Below are positions 24,976 to 39,600 of a stretch of 64,000 bases of DNA, piece by piece. Positions within the stretch are counted from its first letter, which is position 1. Each line of letters opens with the position of its first letter. Position numbers and translations under genes: made by a program. The stretch is from Eledone cirrhosa (Eukaryota), in assembly GCA_964016885.1 (NCBI GenBank), contig OZ024742.1, positions 373,798,001-373,862,000 of the forward strand, written 5' to 3'. A model generated the notes under the pieces. It saw only the letters and a list, made by a program, of their open reading frames with translations. It made no database searches and was not told the DNA's origin.

Positions 24976-27900
24976 CAAGAAATCACATGTCTCCAGTATA
25001 GCCAAGAAATCACATATCCCCACTATAGCCAAGAAATCACATATCTCCACTATAGCCAAGAAATCACATGTCCCCACTATAGCAAAGAAATCACATGTTC
25101 CCACTATAGCCGAGAAATCACATATCTCCACTATAGCCAAGAAATCACATGTGCCCACTATAGCCAAGAAATCACATATCTCCACTATAGCCAAGAAATC
25201 ACATGTTCCCACTATAGCCAATAAATCACATGAGTCCACTATAGCCAAGAAATCACATGTCTCCACTATAGCCAAGAAATCACATGTCCCCACTATAGCC
25301 AAGAAATCACATGTCCACACTATAGCCAAGAAATCACATGTCTCCACTATAGCCAAGAAATCACATATCTCCACTATAGCCAAGAAATCACATGTCCCCA
25401 CTATAGCCAAGAAATCACAGGTCTCCACTATAGCCAAGAAATCACATGTCCCCACTATAGCCAAGAAATCACATGTCTCCACTATAGCCAAGAAATCACA
25501 TATCCCCTGTATAGCCAAGAAATCACATATCTCCACTGTAGCCAAGAAATCACATGTCCCCACTATAGCCAAGAAATCACATATCTCCACTATAGCCAAG
25601 AAATCACATGTCCCCACTATAGCCAAGAAATCACATGTCTCCACTATAGCTAAGAAATCACAGGTCTCCACTATAGCCAAGAAATCACATGTCTCCACTA
25701 TAGCCAAGAAATCACATGTCTCCACTATAGCCAAGAAATCACAGGTCTCCACTATAGCCAAGAAATCACATGTCTCCACTATAGCCAAGAAATCACATGT
25801 GCCCACTATATCCAAGAAATCACATATCTCCACTGTAGCCAAGAAATCACATGTCCCCACTATAGCCAAGAAATCACATGTCTCCACTATAGCCAAGAAA
25901 TCACATGTCTCCACTATAGCCAAGAAATCACATATCTCCACTATAGCCAATAAATCACATGTCTCCACTATAGCCAAGAAATTACATATCTCCACTATAG
26001 CCAAGAAATCACATGTCCCCACTATAGGCAAGACATCACATGTCCCCGCTATAGCCAATAAATCACATGTCCCCACTATAGCTAAGAAATCACATGTCTC
26101 CACTATAGCCAAGAAATCACATGTCCCCACTATATCCAAGAAATCACATGTCCCCACTATAGCCAAGAAATCACATGTCCCCACTATAGCCAAGAAATCA
26201 CATGTCCCCACTATAGCCAAGACATCACATGTCCCCACTATAGCCAATAAATCACATGTCCCCACTATAGCTAAGAAATCACATGTCTCCACTATAGACA
26301 AGAAATCACATGTACCCACTATAGCCAAGAAATCACATATCTCCACTATAGCCAAGAAATCACATGTCCCCACTATAGCCAAGAAATCACATGGTCCCAC
26401 TATAGCCAAGAAATCACATGTCCCCACTATATCCAAGAAATCACATATCTCCACTATAGCCAATAAATCACATGTCTCCACTATAGCCAAGAAATTACAT
26501 ATCTCCACTATAGCCAAGAAATCACATGTCCCCACTATAGGCAAGACATCACATGTCCCCGCTATAGCCAATAAATCACATGTCCCCACTATAGCTAAGA
26601 AATCACATGTCTCCACTATAGCCAAGAAATCACATGTCCCCACTATATCCAAGAAATCACATGTCCCCACTATAGCCAAGAAATCACATGTCTATACTAT
26701 AGCCAAGAAATCCAATGTCCCCACTATAGCCAAGAAATCTCATGTCTCCACTATAGCCAAGAAATCACATGTCCCCACTATAGCCAAGAAATCACATGTC
26801 CCTACTATAGCCAAGAAATCACATGTCCCCACTATAGCCAAGAAATCTCATGTCTCCACTATAGCCAAGAAATCACATGTCCCCACTATAGCCAAGAAAT
26901 CACATGTCTCCACTATAGCCAAGAAATCACATATCCCCACTATAGCCAAGAAATCACATATCTCCACTATAGCCAAGAAATCACATGTCCCCACTATAGC
27001 CAAGAAATCACATGTCCCCACTATAGCCGAGAAATCACATATCTCCACTATAGCCAAGAAATCACATGTGCCCACTATAGCCAAGAAATCACATATCTCC
27101 ACTATAGCCAAGAAATCACATGTTCCCACTATAGCCAATAAATCACATGAGTCCACTATAGCCAAGAAATCACATGTCTCCACTATAGCCAAGAAATCAC
27201 ATGTCCCCACTATAGCCAAGAAATCACATGTCCACACTATAGCCAAGAAATCACATGTCTCCACTATAGCCAAGAAATCACATATCTCCACTATAGCCAA
27301 GAAATCACAGGTCTCCACTATAGCCAAGACCTCACATGTCCCCACTATAGCCAAGAAATCACATGTCTCCACTATAGCCAAGAAATCACATATCCCCTGT
27401 ATAGCCAAGAAATCACATATCTCCACTGTAGCCAAGAAATCACATGTCCCCACTATAGCCAAGAAATCACATATCTCCACTATAGCCAAGAAATCACATG
27501 TCCCCACTATAGCCAAGAAATCACATGTCTCCACTATAGCCAAGAAATCACAGGTCTCTAGTATAGCCAAGAAATCACATGTCCCCACTATAGCCAAGAG
27601 ATCACATATCTCCACTATAGCCAAGAAATCACATATCTCCACTATAGCCAAGAAATCACATGTCCCCACTATAGCCAAGAAATCTCATGTCTCCACTATA
27701 GCCAAGAAATCACATGTCCCCACTATAGCCAAGTAATCACATGTCTCCACTATAGCCAAGAAATCACATATCCCCACTATAGCCAAGAAATCACATATCT
27801 CCACTATAGCCAAGAAATCACATGTCCCCACTATAGCCAAGAAATCACATGTCCCCACTATAGCCGAAAAATCACATATCTCGACTATAGCCAAGAAATC

Positions 27901-30900
27901 ACATGTCCCCACTATAGCCAAGAAATCACATGTCCCCACTATAGCCAAGAAATCACATGTCCCCACTATAGCCAAGAAATCACATGTCCCCACTATAGCC
28001 AAGAAATCTCATGTCTCCACTATAGCCAAGAAATCACATGTCCACACTATAGCCAAGAAATCACATGTCTCCAGTATAGCCAAGAAATCACATATCCCCA
28101 CTATAGCCAAGAAATCACATATCTCCACTATAGCCAAGAAATCACATGTCCCCACTATAGCAAAGAAATCACATGTTCCCACTATAGCCGAGAAATCACA
28201 TATCTCCACTATAGCCAAGAAATCACATGTGCCCACTATAGCCAAGAAATCACATATCTCCACTATAGCCAAGAAATCACATGTTCCCACTATAGCCAAT
28301 AAATCACATGAGTCCACTATAGCCAAGAAATCACATGTCTCCACTATAGCCAAGAAATCACATGTCCCCACTATAGCCAAGAAATCACATGTCCACACTA
28401 TAGCCAAGAAATCACATGTCTCCACTATAGCCAAGAAATCACATATCTCCACTATAGCCAAGAAATCACATGTCCCCACTATAGCCAAGAAATCACAGGT
28501 CTCCACTATAGCCAAGAAATCACATGTCCCCACTATAGCCAAGAAATCACATGTCTCCACTATAGCCAAGAAATCACATATCCCCTGTATAGCCAAGAAA
28601 TCACATATCTCCACTGTAGCCAAGAAATCACATGTCCCCACTATAGCCAAGAAATCACATATCTCCACTATAGCCAAGAAATCACATGTCCCCACTATAG
28701 CCAAGAAATCACATGTCTCCACTATAGCCAAGAAATCACAGGTCTCCACTATAGCCAAGAAATCACATGTCTCCACTATAGCCAAGAAATCACATGTCTC
28801 CACTATAGCCAAGAAATCACAGGTCTCCACTATAGCCAAGAAATCACATGTCTCCACTATAGCCAAGAAATCACATGTGCCCACTATATCCAAGAAATCA
28901 CATATCTCCACTGTAGCCAAGAAATCACATGTCCCCACTATAGCCAAGAAATCACATGTCTCCACTATAGCCAAGAAATCACATGTCTCCACTATAGCCA
29001 AGAAATCACATATCTCCACTATAGCCAATAAATCACATGTCTCCACTATAGCCAAGAAATTACATATCTCCACTATAGCCAAGAAATCACATGTCCCCAC
29101 TATAGGCAAGACATCACATGTCCCCGCTATAGCCAATAAATCACATGTCCCCACTATAGCTAAGAAATCACATGTCTCCACTATAGCCAAGAAATCACAT
29201 GTCCCCACTATATCCAAGAAATCACATGTCCCCACTATAGCCAAGAAATCACATGTCCCCACTATAGCCAAGAAATCACATGTCCCCACTATAGCCAAGA
29301 CATCACATGTCCCCACTATAGCCAATAAATCACATGTCCCCACTATAGCTAAGAAATCACATGTCTCCACTATAGACAAGAAATCACATGTACCCACTAT
29401 AGCCAAGAAATCACATATCTCCACTATAGCCAAGAAATCACATGTCCCCACTATAGCCAAGAAATCACATGGTCCCACTATAGCCAAGAAATCACATGTC
29501 CCCACTATATCCAAGAAATCACATATCTCCACTATAGCCAATAAATTACATGTCTCCACTATAGCCAAGAAATTACATATCTCCACTATAGCCAAGAAAT
29601 CACATGTCCCCACTATAGGCAAGACATCACATGTCCCCGCTATAGCCAATAAATCACATGTCCCCACTATAGCTAAGAAATCACATGTCTCCACTATAGC
29701 CAAGAAATCACATGTCCCCACTATATCCAAGAAATCACATGTCCCCACTATAGCCAAGAAATCACATGTCTATACTATAGCCAAGAAATCCAATGTCCCC
29801 ACTATAGCCAAGAAATCTCATGTCTCCACTATAGCCAAGAAATCACATGTCCCCACTATAGCCAAGAAATCACATGTCCCTACTATAGCCAAGAAATCAC
29901 ATGTCCCCACTATAGCCAAGAAATCTCATGTCTCCACTATAGCCAAGAAATCACATGTCCCCACTATAGCCAAGAAATCACATGTCTCCACTATAGCCAA
30001 GAAATCACATATCCCCACTATAGCCAAGAAATCACATATCTCCACTATAGCCAAGAAATCACATGTCCCCACTATAGCCAAGAAATCACATGTCCCCACT
30101 ATAGCCGAGAAATCACATATCTCCACTATAGCCAAGAAATCACATGTGCCCACTATAGCCAAGAAATCACATATCTCCACTATAGCCAAGAAATCACATG
30201 TTCCCACTATAGCCAATAAATCACATGAGTCCACTATAGCCAAGAAATCACATGTCTCCACTATAGCCAAGAAATCACATGTCCCCACTATAGCCAAGAA
30301 ATCACATGTCCACACTATAGCCAAGAAATCACATGTCTCCACTATAGCCAAGAAATCACATATCTCCACTATAGCCAAGAAATCACAGGTCTCCACTATA
30401 GCCAAGACCTCACATGTCCCCACTATAGCCAAGAAATCACATGTCTCCACTATAGCCAAGAAATCACATATCCCCTGTATAGCCAAGAAATCACATATCT
30501 CCACTGTAGCCAAGAAATCACATGTCCCCACTATAGCCAAGAAATCACATATCTCCACTATAGCCAAGAAATCACATGTCCCCACTATAGCCAAGAAATC
30601 ACATGTCTCCACTATAGCCAAGAAATCACAGGTCTCTAGTATAGCCAAGAAATCACATGTCCCCACTATAGCCAAGAGATCACATATCTCCACTATAGCC
30701 AAGAAATCACATATCTCCACTATAGCCAAGAAATCACATGTCCCCACTATAGCCAAGAAATCTCATGTCTCCACTATAGCCAAGAAATCACATGTCCCCA
30801 CTATAGCCAAGTAATCACATGTCTCCACTATAGCCAAGAAATCACATATCCCCACTATAGCCAAGAAATCACATATCTCCACTATAGCCAAGAAATCACA
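24850..30900. repeat. Tandem duplication of 3,078 bp (114 units)
   Basis: Offsets 24931/28009, 26848/29926 and 27685/30763. Variants AGCAAAG and AAGTAATC (stops ending 27736/30814) are shared. Ends approximate. Confidence 0.92.
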
Positions 30901-33699
30901 TGTCCCCACTATAGCCGAAAAATCACATATCTCGACTATAGCCAAGAAATCACATGTCCCCACTATAGCCAAGAAATCACATGTCTCCACTATAGCCAAG
31001 AAATCACATATCTCCACTATAGCCAATAAATCACATGTCTCCACTATAGCCAAGAAATCACATATCTCCACTATAGCCACGAAATCACATGTCCCCACTA
31101 TAGGCAAGACATCACATGTCCCCACTATAGCCAATAAATCACATGTCCCCACTATAGCTAAGAAATCACATGTCTCCACTATAGGCAAGAAATCACATGT
31201 CCCCACTATAGCCAAGAAATCACATGTCCCCACTATAGGCAAGACATCACATGTCCCCACTATAGCCAATAAATCACATGTCCCCACTATAGCTAAGAAA
31301 TCACATGTCTCCACTATAGCCAAGAAATCACATGTACCCACTATAGCCAAGAAATCACATATCTCCACTATAGCCAAGAAATCACATGTCCCCACTATAG
31401 CCAAGAAATCACATGGTCCCACTATAGCTAAGAAATCACATGTCCCCACTATAGGCAAGACATCACATGTCCCCACTATAGCCAAGAAATCACATGTCCC
31501 CACTATAGCCAAGAAATCACATATCTCCACTATAGCCAAGAAATCACATGTCCCCACTATATCCAAGAAATCACATATCTCGACTATAGCCAAGAAATCA
31601 CATGTCCCCACTATAGCCAAGAAATCACATGTCTCCACTATAGCCAATAAATCACATGTCTCCACTATAGCCAAGAAATCACATATCTCCACTATAGCCA
31701 CGAAATCACATGTCCCCACTATAGGCAAGACATCACATGTCCCCACTATAGACAATAAATCACATGTCCCCACTATAGCTAAGAAATCACATGTCTCCAC
31801 TATAGCCAAGAAATCACATGTCCCCAGTATATCCAAGAAATCACATATCTCCACTGTAGACAAGAAATCACATGTCCCCACTATAGCCAAGAAATCACAT
31901 GTCTATACTATAGCCAAGAAATCCCATGTCCCCACTATAGCCAAGAAATCTCATGTCTCCACTATAGCCAAGAAATCACATGTCCCCACTATAGCCAAGA
32001 AATCACATGTCCCCACTATAGCCAAGAAATCACATATCTCCACTATAGCCAAGAAATCACATATCTCCACTATAGCCAAGAAATCACATGTCCCCACTAT
32101 AGCCAAGAAATCACATGTCCCCACTATAGCCAAGAAATCACATGTCTCCACTATAGCCAAGAAATCACATGTCCCCATTATAGCCAAGAAATCACATGTC
32201 CCCACTATAGCCAAGAAATCACATGTTTCCACTATAGCCAAGAAATCACATGTCTCTACTGTAGCCAAGAAATCACATGTCTCCACTATAGCCAAGAAAT
32301 CACATATCTCCACTATAGCCACGAAATCACATGTCCCCACTATAGGCAAGACATCACATGTCCCCACTATAGCCAATAAATCACATGTCCCCACTATAGC
32401 TAAGAAATCACATGTCTCCACTATAGCCAAGATATCACATGTCCCCACTATATCCAAGAAATCACATATCTCCACTGTAGACAAGAAATCACATGTCCCC
32501 ACTATAGCCAAGAAATCACATGTCTATACTATAGCCAAGATATCCCATGTCCCCACTATAGCCAAGAAATCTCATGTCTCCACTATAGCCAAGAAATCAC
32601 ATGTCCCCACTATAGCCAAGAAATCACATGTCCCCACTATAGCCAAGAAATCACATATCTCCACTATAGCCAAGAAATCACATATCTCCACTATAACCAA
32701 GAAATCACATGTCCCCACTATAGCCAAGAAATCACATGTCCCCACTATAGCCAAGAAATCACATGTCTCCACTATAGCCAAGAAATCACATGTCCCCATT
32801 ATAGCCAAGAAATCACATGTCCCCACTATAGCCAAGAAATCACATGTTTCCACTATAGCCAAGAAATCACATGTCTCTACTGTAGCCAAGAAATCACATG
32901 TCTCCACTATAGCCAAGAAATCACATGTCTCCACTATAGCCAAGAAATCACATGTCCCCACTATAGCCAAGAAATCACATGTCCCCACTATAGCCAAGAA
33001 ATCACATGTCCCCACTATAGCCAAGAAATCTCATGTCTCCACTATAGCCAAGAAATCACATGTCCACACTATAGCCAAGAAATCACATGTCTCCAGTATA
33101 GCCAAGAAATCACATATCCCCACTATAGCCAAGAAATCACATATCTCCACTATAGCCAAGAAATCACATGTCCCCACTATAGCCAAGAAATCACATGTTC
33201 CCACTATAGCCGAGAAATCACATATCTCCACTATAGCCAAGAAATCACATGTGCCCACTATAGCCAAGAAATCACATATCTCCACTATAGCCAAGAAATC
33301 ACATGTTCCCACTATAGCCAATAAATCACATGAGTCCACTATAGCCAAGAAATCACATGTCTCCACTATAGCCAAGAAATCACATGTCCCCACTATAGCC
33401 AAGAAATCACATGTCCACACTATAGCCAAGAAATCACATGTCTCCACTATAGCCAAGAAATCACATATCTCCACTATAGCCAAGAAATCACATGTCCCCA
33501 CTATAGCCAAGAAATCACAGGTCTCCACTATAGCCAAGAAATCACATGTCCCCACTATAGCCAAGAAATCACATGTCTCCACTATAGCCAAGAAATCACA
33601 TATCCCCTGTATAGCCAAGAAATCACATATCTCCACTGTAGCCAAGAAATCACATGTCCCCACTATAGCCAAGAAATCACATATCTCCACTATAGCCAA

Positions 33700-36600
33700 G
33701 AAATCACATGTCACCACTATAGCCAAGAAATCACATGTCTCCACTATAGCCAAGAAATCACAGGTCTCCACTATAGCCAAGAAATCACATGTCTCCACTA
33801 TAGCCAAGAAATCACATGTCTCCACTATAGCCAAGAAATCACAGGTCTCCACTATAGCCAAGAAATCACATGTCTCCACTATAGCCAAGAAATCACATGT
33901 GCCCACTATAGCCAAGAAATCACATATCTCCACTGTAGCCAAGAAATCACATGTCCCCACTATAGCCAAGAAATCACATGTCTCCACTATAGCCAAGAAA
34001 TCACATGTCTCCACTATAGCCAAGAAATCACATATCTCCACTATAGCCAAGAAATCACATGTCCCCACTATAGCCAAGACATCACATGTCCCCACTATAG
34101 CCAATAAATCACATGTCCCCACTATAGCTAAGAAATCACATGTCTCCACTATAGACAAGAAATCACATGTACCCACTATAGCCAAGAAATCACATATCTC
34201 CACTATAGCCAAGAAATCACATGTCCCCACTATAGCCAAGAAATCACATGGTCCCACTATAGCCAAGAAATCACATGTCCCCACTATATCCAAGAAATCA
34301 CATATCTCCACTATAGCCAATAAATCACATGTCTCCACTATAGCCAAGAAATTACATATCTCCACTATAGCCAAGAAATCACATGTCCCCACTATAGGCA
34401 AGACATCACATGTCCCCACTATAGCCAATAAATCACATGTCCCCACTATAGCTAAGAAATCACATGTCTCCACTATAGCCAAGAAATCACATGTCCCCAC
34501 TATATCCAAGAAATCACATGTCCCCACTATAGCCAAGAAATCACATGTCTATACTATAGCCAAGAAATCCAATGTCCCCACTATAGCCAAGAAATCTCAT
34601 GTCTCCACTATAGCCAAGAAATCACATGTCCCCACTATAGCCAAGAAATCACATGTCCCTACTATAGCCAAGAAATCACATGTCCCCACTATAGCCAAGA
34701 AATCTCATGTCTCCACTATAGCCAAGAAATCACATGTCCCCACTATAGCCAAGAAATCACATGTCTCCACTATAGCCAAGAAATCACATATCCCCACTAT
34801 AGCCAAGAAATCACATATCTCCACTATAGCCAAGAAATCACATGTCCCCACTATAGCCAAGAAATCACATGTCCCCACTATAGCCGAGAAATCACATATC
34901 TCCACTATAGCCAAGAAATCACATGTGCCCACTATAGCCAAGAAATCACATATCTCCACTATAGCCAAGAAATCACATGTTCCCACTATAGCCAATAAAT
35001 CACATGAGTCCACTATAGCCAAGAAATCACATGTCTCCACTATAGCCAAGAAATCACATGTCCCCACTATAGCCAAGAAATCACATGTCCACACTATAGC
35101 CAAGAAATCACATGTCTCCACTATAGCCAAGAAATCACATATCTCCACTATAGCCAAGAAATCACAGGTCTCCACTATAGCCAAGACCTCACATGTCCCC
35201 ACTATAGCCAAGAAATCACATGTCTCCACTATAGCCAAGAAATCACATATCCCCTGTATAGCCAAGAAATCACATATCTCCACTGTAGCCAAGAAATCAC
35301 ATGTCCCCACTATAGCCAAGAAATCACATATCTCCACTATAGCCAAGAAATCACATGTCCCCACTATAGCCAAGAAATCACATGTCTCCACTATAGCCAA
35401 GAAATCACAGGTCTCCAGTATAGCCAAGAAATCACATGTCCCCACTATAGCCAAGAGATCACATATCTCCACTATAGCCAAGAAATCACATATCTCCACT
35501 ATAGCCAAGAAATCACATGTCCCCACTATAGCCAAGAAATCTCATGTCTCCACTATAGCCAAGAAATCACATGTCCCCACTATAGCCAAGAAATCACATG
35601 TCTCCACTATAGCCAAGAAATCACATGTCCCCACTATAGCCAAGAAATCACATATCTCCACTATAGCCAAGAAATCACATGTCCCCACTATAGCCAAGAA
35701 ATCACATGTCCCCACTATAGCCGAGAAATCACATATCTCGACTATAGCCAAGAAATCACATGTCCCCACTATAGCCAAGAAATCACATGTCTCCACTATA
35801 GCCAAGAAATCACATATCTCCACTATAGCCAATAAATCACATGTCTCCACTATAGCCAAGAAATCACATATCTCCACTATAGCCACGAAATCACATGTCC
35901 CCACTATAGGCAAGACATCACATGTCCCCACTATAGCCAATAAATCACATGTCCCCACTATAGCTAAGAAATCACATGTCTCCACTATAGCCAAGAAATC
36001 ACATGTCCCCACTATAGCCAAGAAATCACATGTCCCCACTATAGGCAAGACATCACATGTCCCCACTATAGCCAATAAATCACATGTCCCCACTATAGCT
36101 AAGAAATCACATGTCTCCACTATAGCCAAGAAATCACATGTCCCCACTATATCCAAGAAATCACATATCTCCACTATAGCCAAGAAATCACATGTCCCCA
36201 CTATAGCCAAGAAATCACATGTCTATACTATAGCCAAGAAATCCAATGTCCCCACTATAGCCAAGAAATCTCATGTCTCCACTATAGCCAAGAAATCACA
36301 TGTCCCCACTATAGCCAAGAAATCACATGTCCCTACTATAGCCAAGAAATCACATGTCCCCACTATAGCCAAGAAATCTCATGTCTCCACTATAGCCAAG
36401 AAGTCACATGTCCCCACTATAGCCAAGAAATCACATGTCTCCACTATAGCCAAGAAATCACATATCCCCACTATAGCCAAGAAATCACATATCTCCACTA
36501 TAGCCAAGAAATCACATGTCCCCACTATAGCCAAGAAATCACATGTCCCCACTATAGCCGAGAAATCACATATCTCCACTATAGCCAAGAAATCACATGT

Positions 36601-39600
36601 GCCCACTATAGCCAAGAAATCACATATCTCCACTATAGCCAAGAAATCACATGTTCCCACTATAGCCAATAAATCACATGAGTCCACTATAGCCAAGAAA
36701 TCACATGTCTCCACTATAGCCAAGAAATCACATGTCCCCACTATAGCCAAGAAATCACATGTCCACACTATAGCCAAGAAATCACATGTCTCCACTATAG
36801 ACAAGAAATCACATATCTCCACTATAGCCAAGAAATCACATGTCCCCACTATAGCCAAGAAATCACAGGTCTCCACTATAGCCAAGACCTCACATGTCCC
36901 CACTATAGCCAAGAAATCACATGTCTCCACTATAGCCAAGAAATCACATATCCCCTGTATAGCCAAGAAATCACATATCTCCACTGTAGCCAAGAAATCA
37001 CATGTCCCCACTATAGCCAAGAAATCACATATCTCCACTATAGCCAAGAAATCACATGTCCCCACTATAGCCAAGAAATCACATGTCTCCACTATAGCCA
37101 AGAAATCACAGGTCTCCAGTATAGCCAAGAAATCACATGTCCCCACTATAGCCAAGAGATCACATATCTCCACTATAGCCAAGAAATCACATGTCTCCAC
37201 TATAGCCAAGAAATAACATATCTCCACTATAGCCAAGAAATCACATGTCCCCACTATAGCCAAGAAATCTCATGTCTCCACTATAGCCAAGAAATCACAT
37301 GTCCCCACTATAGCCAAGAAATCACATGTCTCCACTATAGCCAAGAAATCACATATCCCCACTATAGCCAAGAAATCACATATCTCCACTATAGCCAAGA
37401 AATCACATGTCCCCACTATAGCCAAGAAATCACATGTCCCCACTATAGCCGAGAAATCACATATCTCGACTATAGCCAAGAAATCACATGTCCCCACTAT
37501 AGCCAAGAAATCACATGTCTCCACTATAGCCAAGAAATCACATATCTCCACTATAGCCAATAAATCACATGTCTCCACTATAGCCAAGAAATCACATATC
37601 TCCACTATAGCCACGAAATCACATGTCCCCACTATAGGCAAGACATCACATGTCCCCACTATAGCCAATAAATCACATGTCCCCACTATAGCTAAGAAAT
37701 CACATGTCTCCACTATAGCCAAGAAATCACATGTCCCCACTATATCCAAGAAATCACATATCTCCACTGTAGACAAGAAATCACATGTCCCCACTATAGC
37801 CAAGAAATCACATGTCTATACTATAGCCAAGAAATCCCATGTCCCCACTATAGCCAAGAAATCTCATGTCTCCACTATAGCCAAGAAATCACATGTCCCC
37901 ACTATAGCCAAGAAATCACATGTCCCCACTATAGCCAAGAAATCACATATCTCCACTATAGCCAAGAAATCACATATCTCCACTATAGCCAAGAAATCAC
38001 ATGTCCCCACTATAGCCAAGAAATCACATGTCCCCACTATAGCCAAGAAATCACATGTCTCCACTATAGCCAAGAAATCACATGTCCCCATTATAGCCAA
38101 GAAATCACATGTCCCCACTATAGCCAAGAAATCACATGTTTCCACTATAGCCAAGAAATCACATGTCTCTACTGTAGCCAAGAAATCACATGTCTCCACT
38201 ATAGCCAAGAAATCACATGTCTCCACTATAGCCAAGAAATCACATGTCCCCACTATAGCCAAGAAATCACATGTCCCCACTATAGCCAAGAAATCACATG
38301 TCCCCACTATAGCCAAGAAATCTCATGTCTCCACTATAGCCAAGAAATCACATGTCCACACTATAGCCAAGAAATCACATGTCTCCAGTATAGCCAAGAA
38401 ATCTCATATCCCCACTATAGCCAAGAAATCACATATCTCCACTATAGCCAAGAAATCACATGTCCCCACTATAGCCAAGAAATCACATGTTCCCACTATA
38501 GCCGAGAAATCACATATCTCCACTATAGCCAAGAAATCACATGTGCCCACTATAGCCAAGAAATCACATATCTCCACTATAGCCAAGAAATCACATGTTC
38601 CCACTATAGCCAATAAATCACATGAGTCCACTATAGCCAAGAAATCACATGTCTCCACTATAGCCAAGAAATCACATGTCCCCACTATAGCCAAGAAATC
38701 ACATGTCCACACTATAGCCAAGAAATCACATGTCTCCACTATAGCCAAGAAATCACATATCTCCACTATAGCCAAGAAATCACATGTCCCCACTATAGCC
38801 AAGAAATCACAGGTCTCCACTATAGCCAAGAAATCACATGTCCCCACTATAGCCAAGAAATCACATGTCTCCACTATAGCCAAGAAATCACATATCCCCT
38901 GTATAGCCAAGAAATCACATATCTCCACTGTAGCCAAGAAATCACATGTCCCCACTATAGCCAAGAAATCACATATCTCCACTATAGCCAAGAAATCACA
39001 TGTCCCCACTATAGCCAAGAAATCACATGTCTCCACTATAGCCAAGAAATCACAGGTCTCCACTATAGCCAATAAATCACATGTCCCCACTATAGCTAAG
39101 AAATCACATGTCTCCACTATAGCCAAGAAATCACATGTACCCACTATAGCCAAGAAATCACATATCTCCACTATAGCCAAGATATCACATGTCCCCACTA
39201 TAGCCAAGAAATCACATGGTCCCACTATAGCTAAGAAATCACATGTCTCCACTATAGCCAAGAAATCACATGTCCCCACTATATCCAAGAAATCACATAT
39301 CTCCACTATAGCCAATAAATCACATGTCTCCACTATAGCCAAGAAATTACATATCTCCACTATAGCCAAGAAATCACATGTCCCCACTATAGGCAAGACA
39401 TCACATGTCCCCACTATAGCCAATAAATCACATGTCCCCACTATAGCTAAGAAATCACATGTCTCCACTATAGCCAAGAAATCACATGTCCCCACTATAT
39501 CCAAGAAATCACATATCTCCACTATAGCCAAGAAATCACATGTCCCCACTATAGCCAAGAAATCACATGTCTATACTATAGCCAAGAAATCCAATGTCCC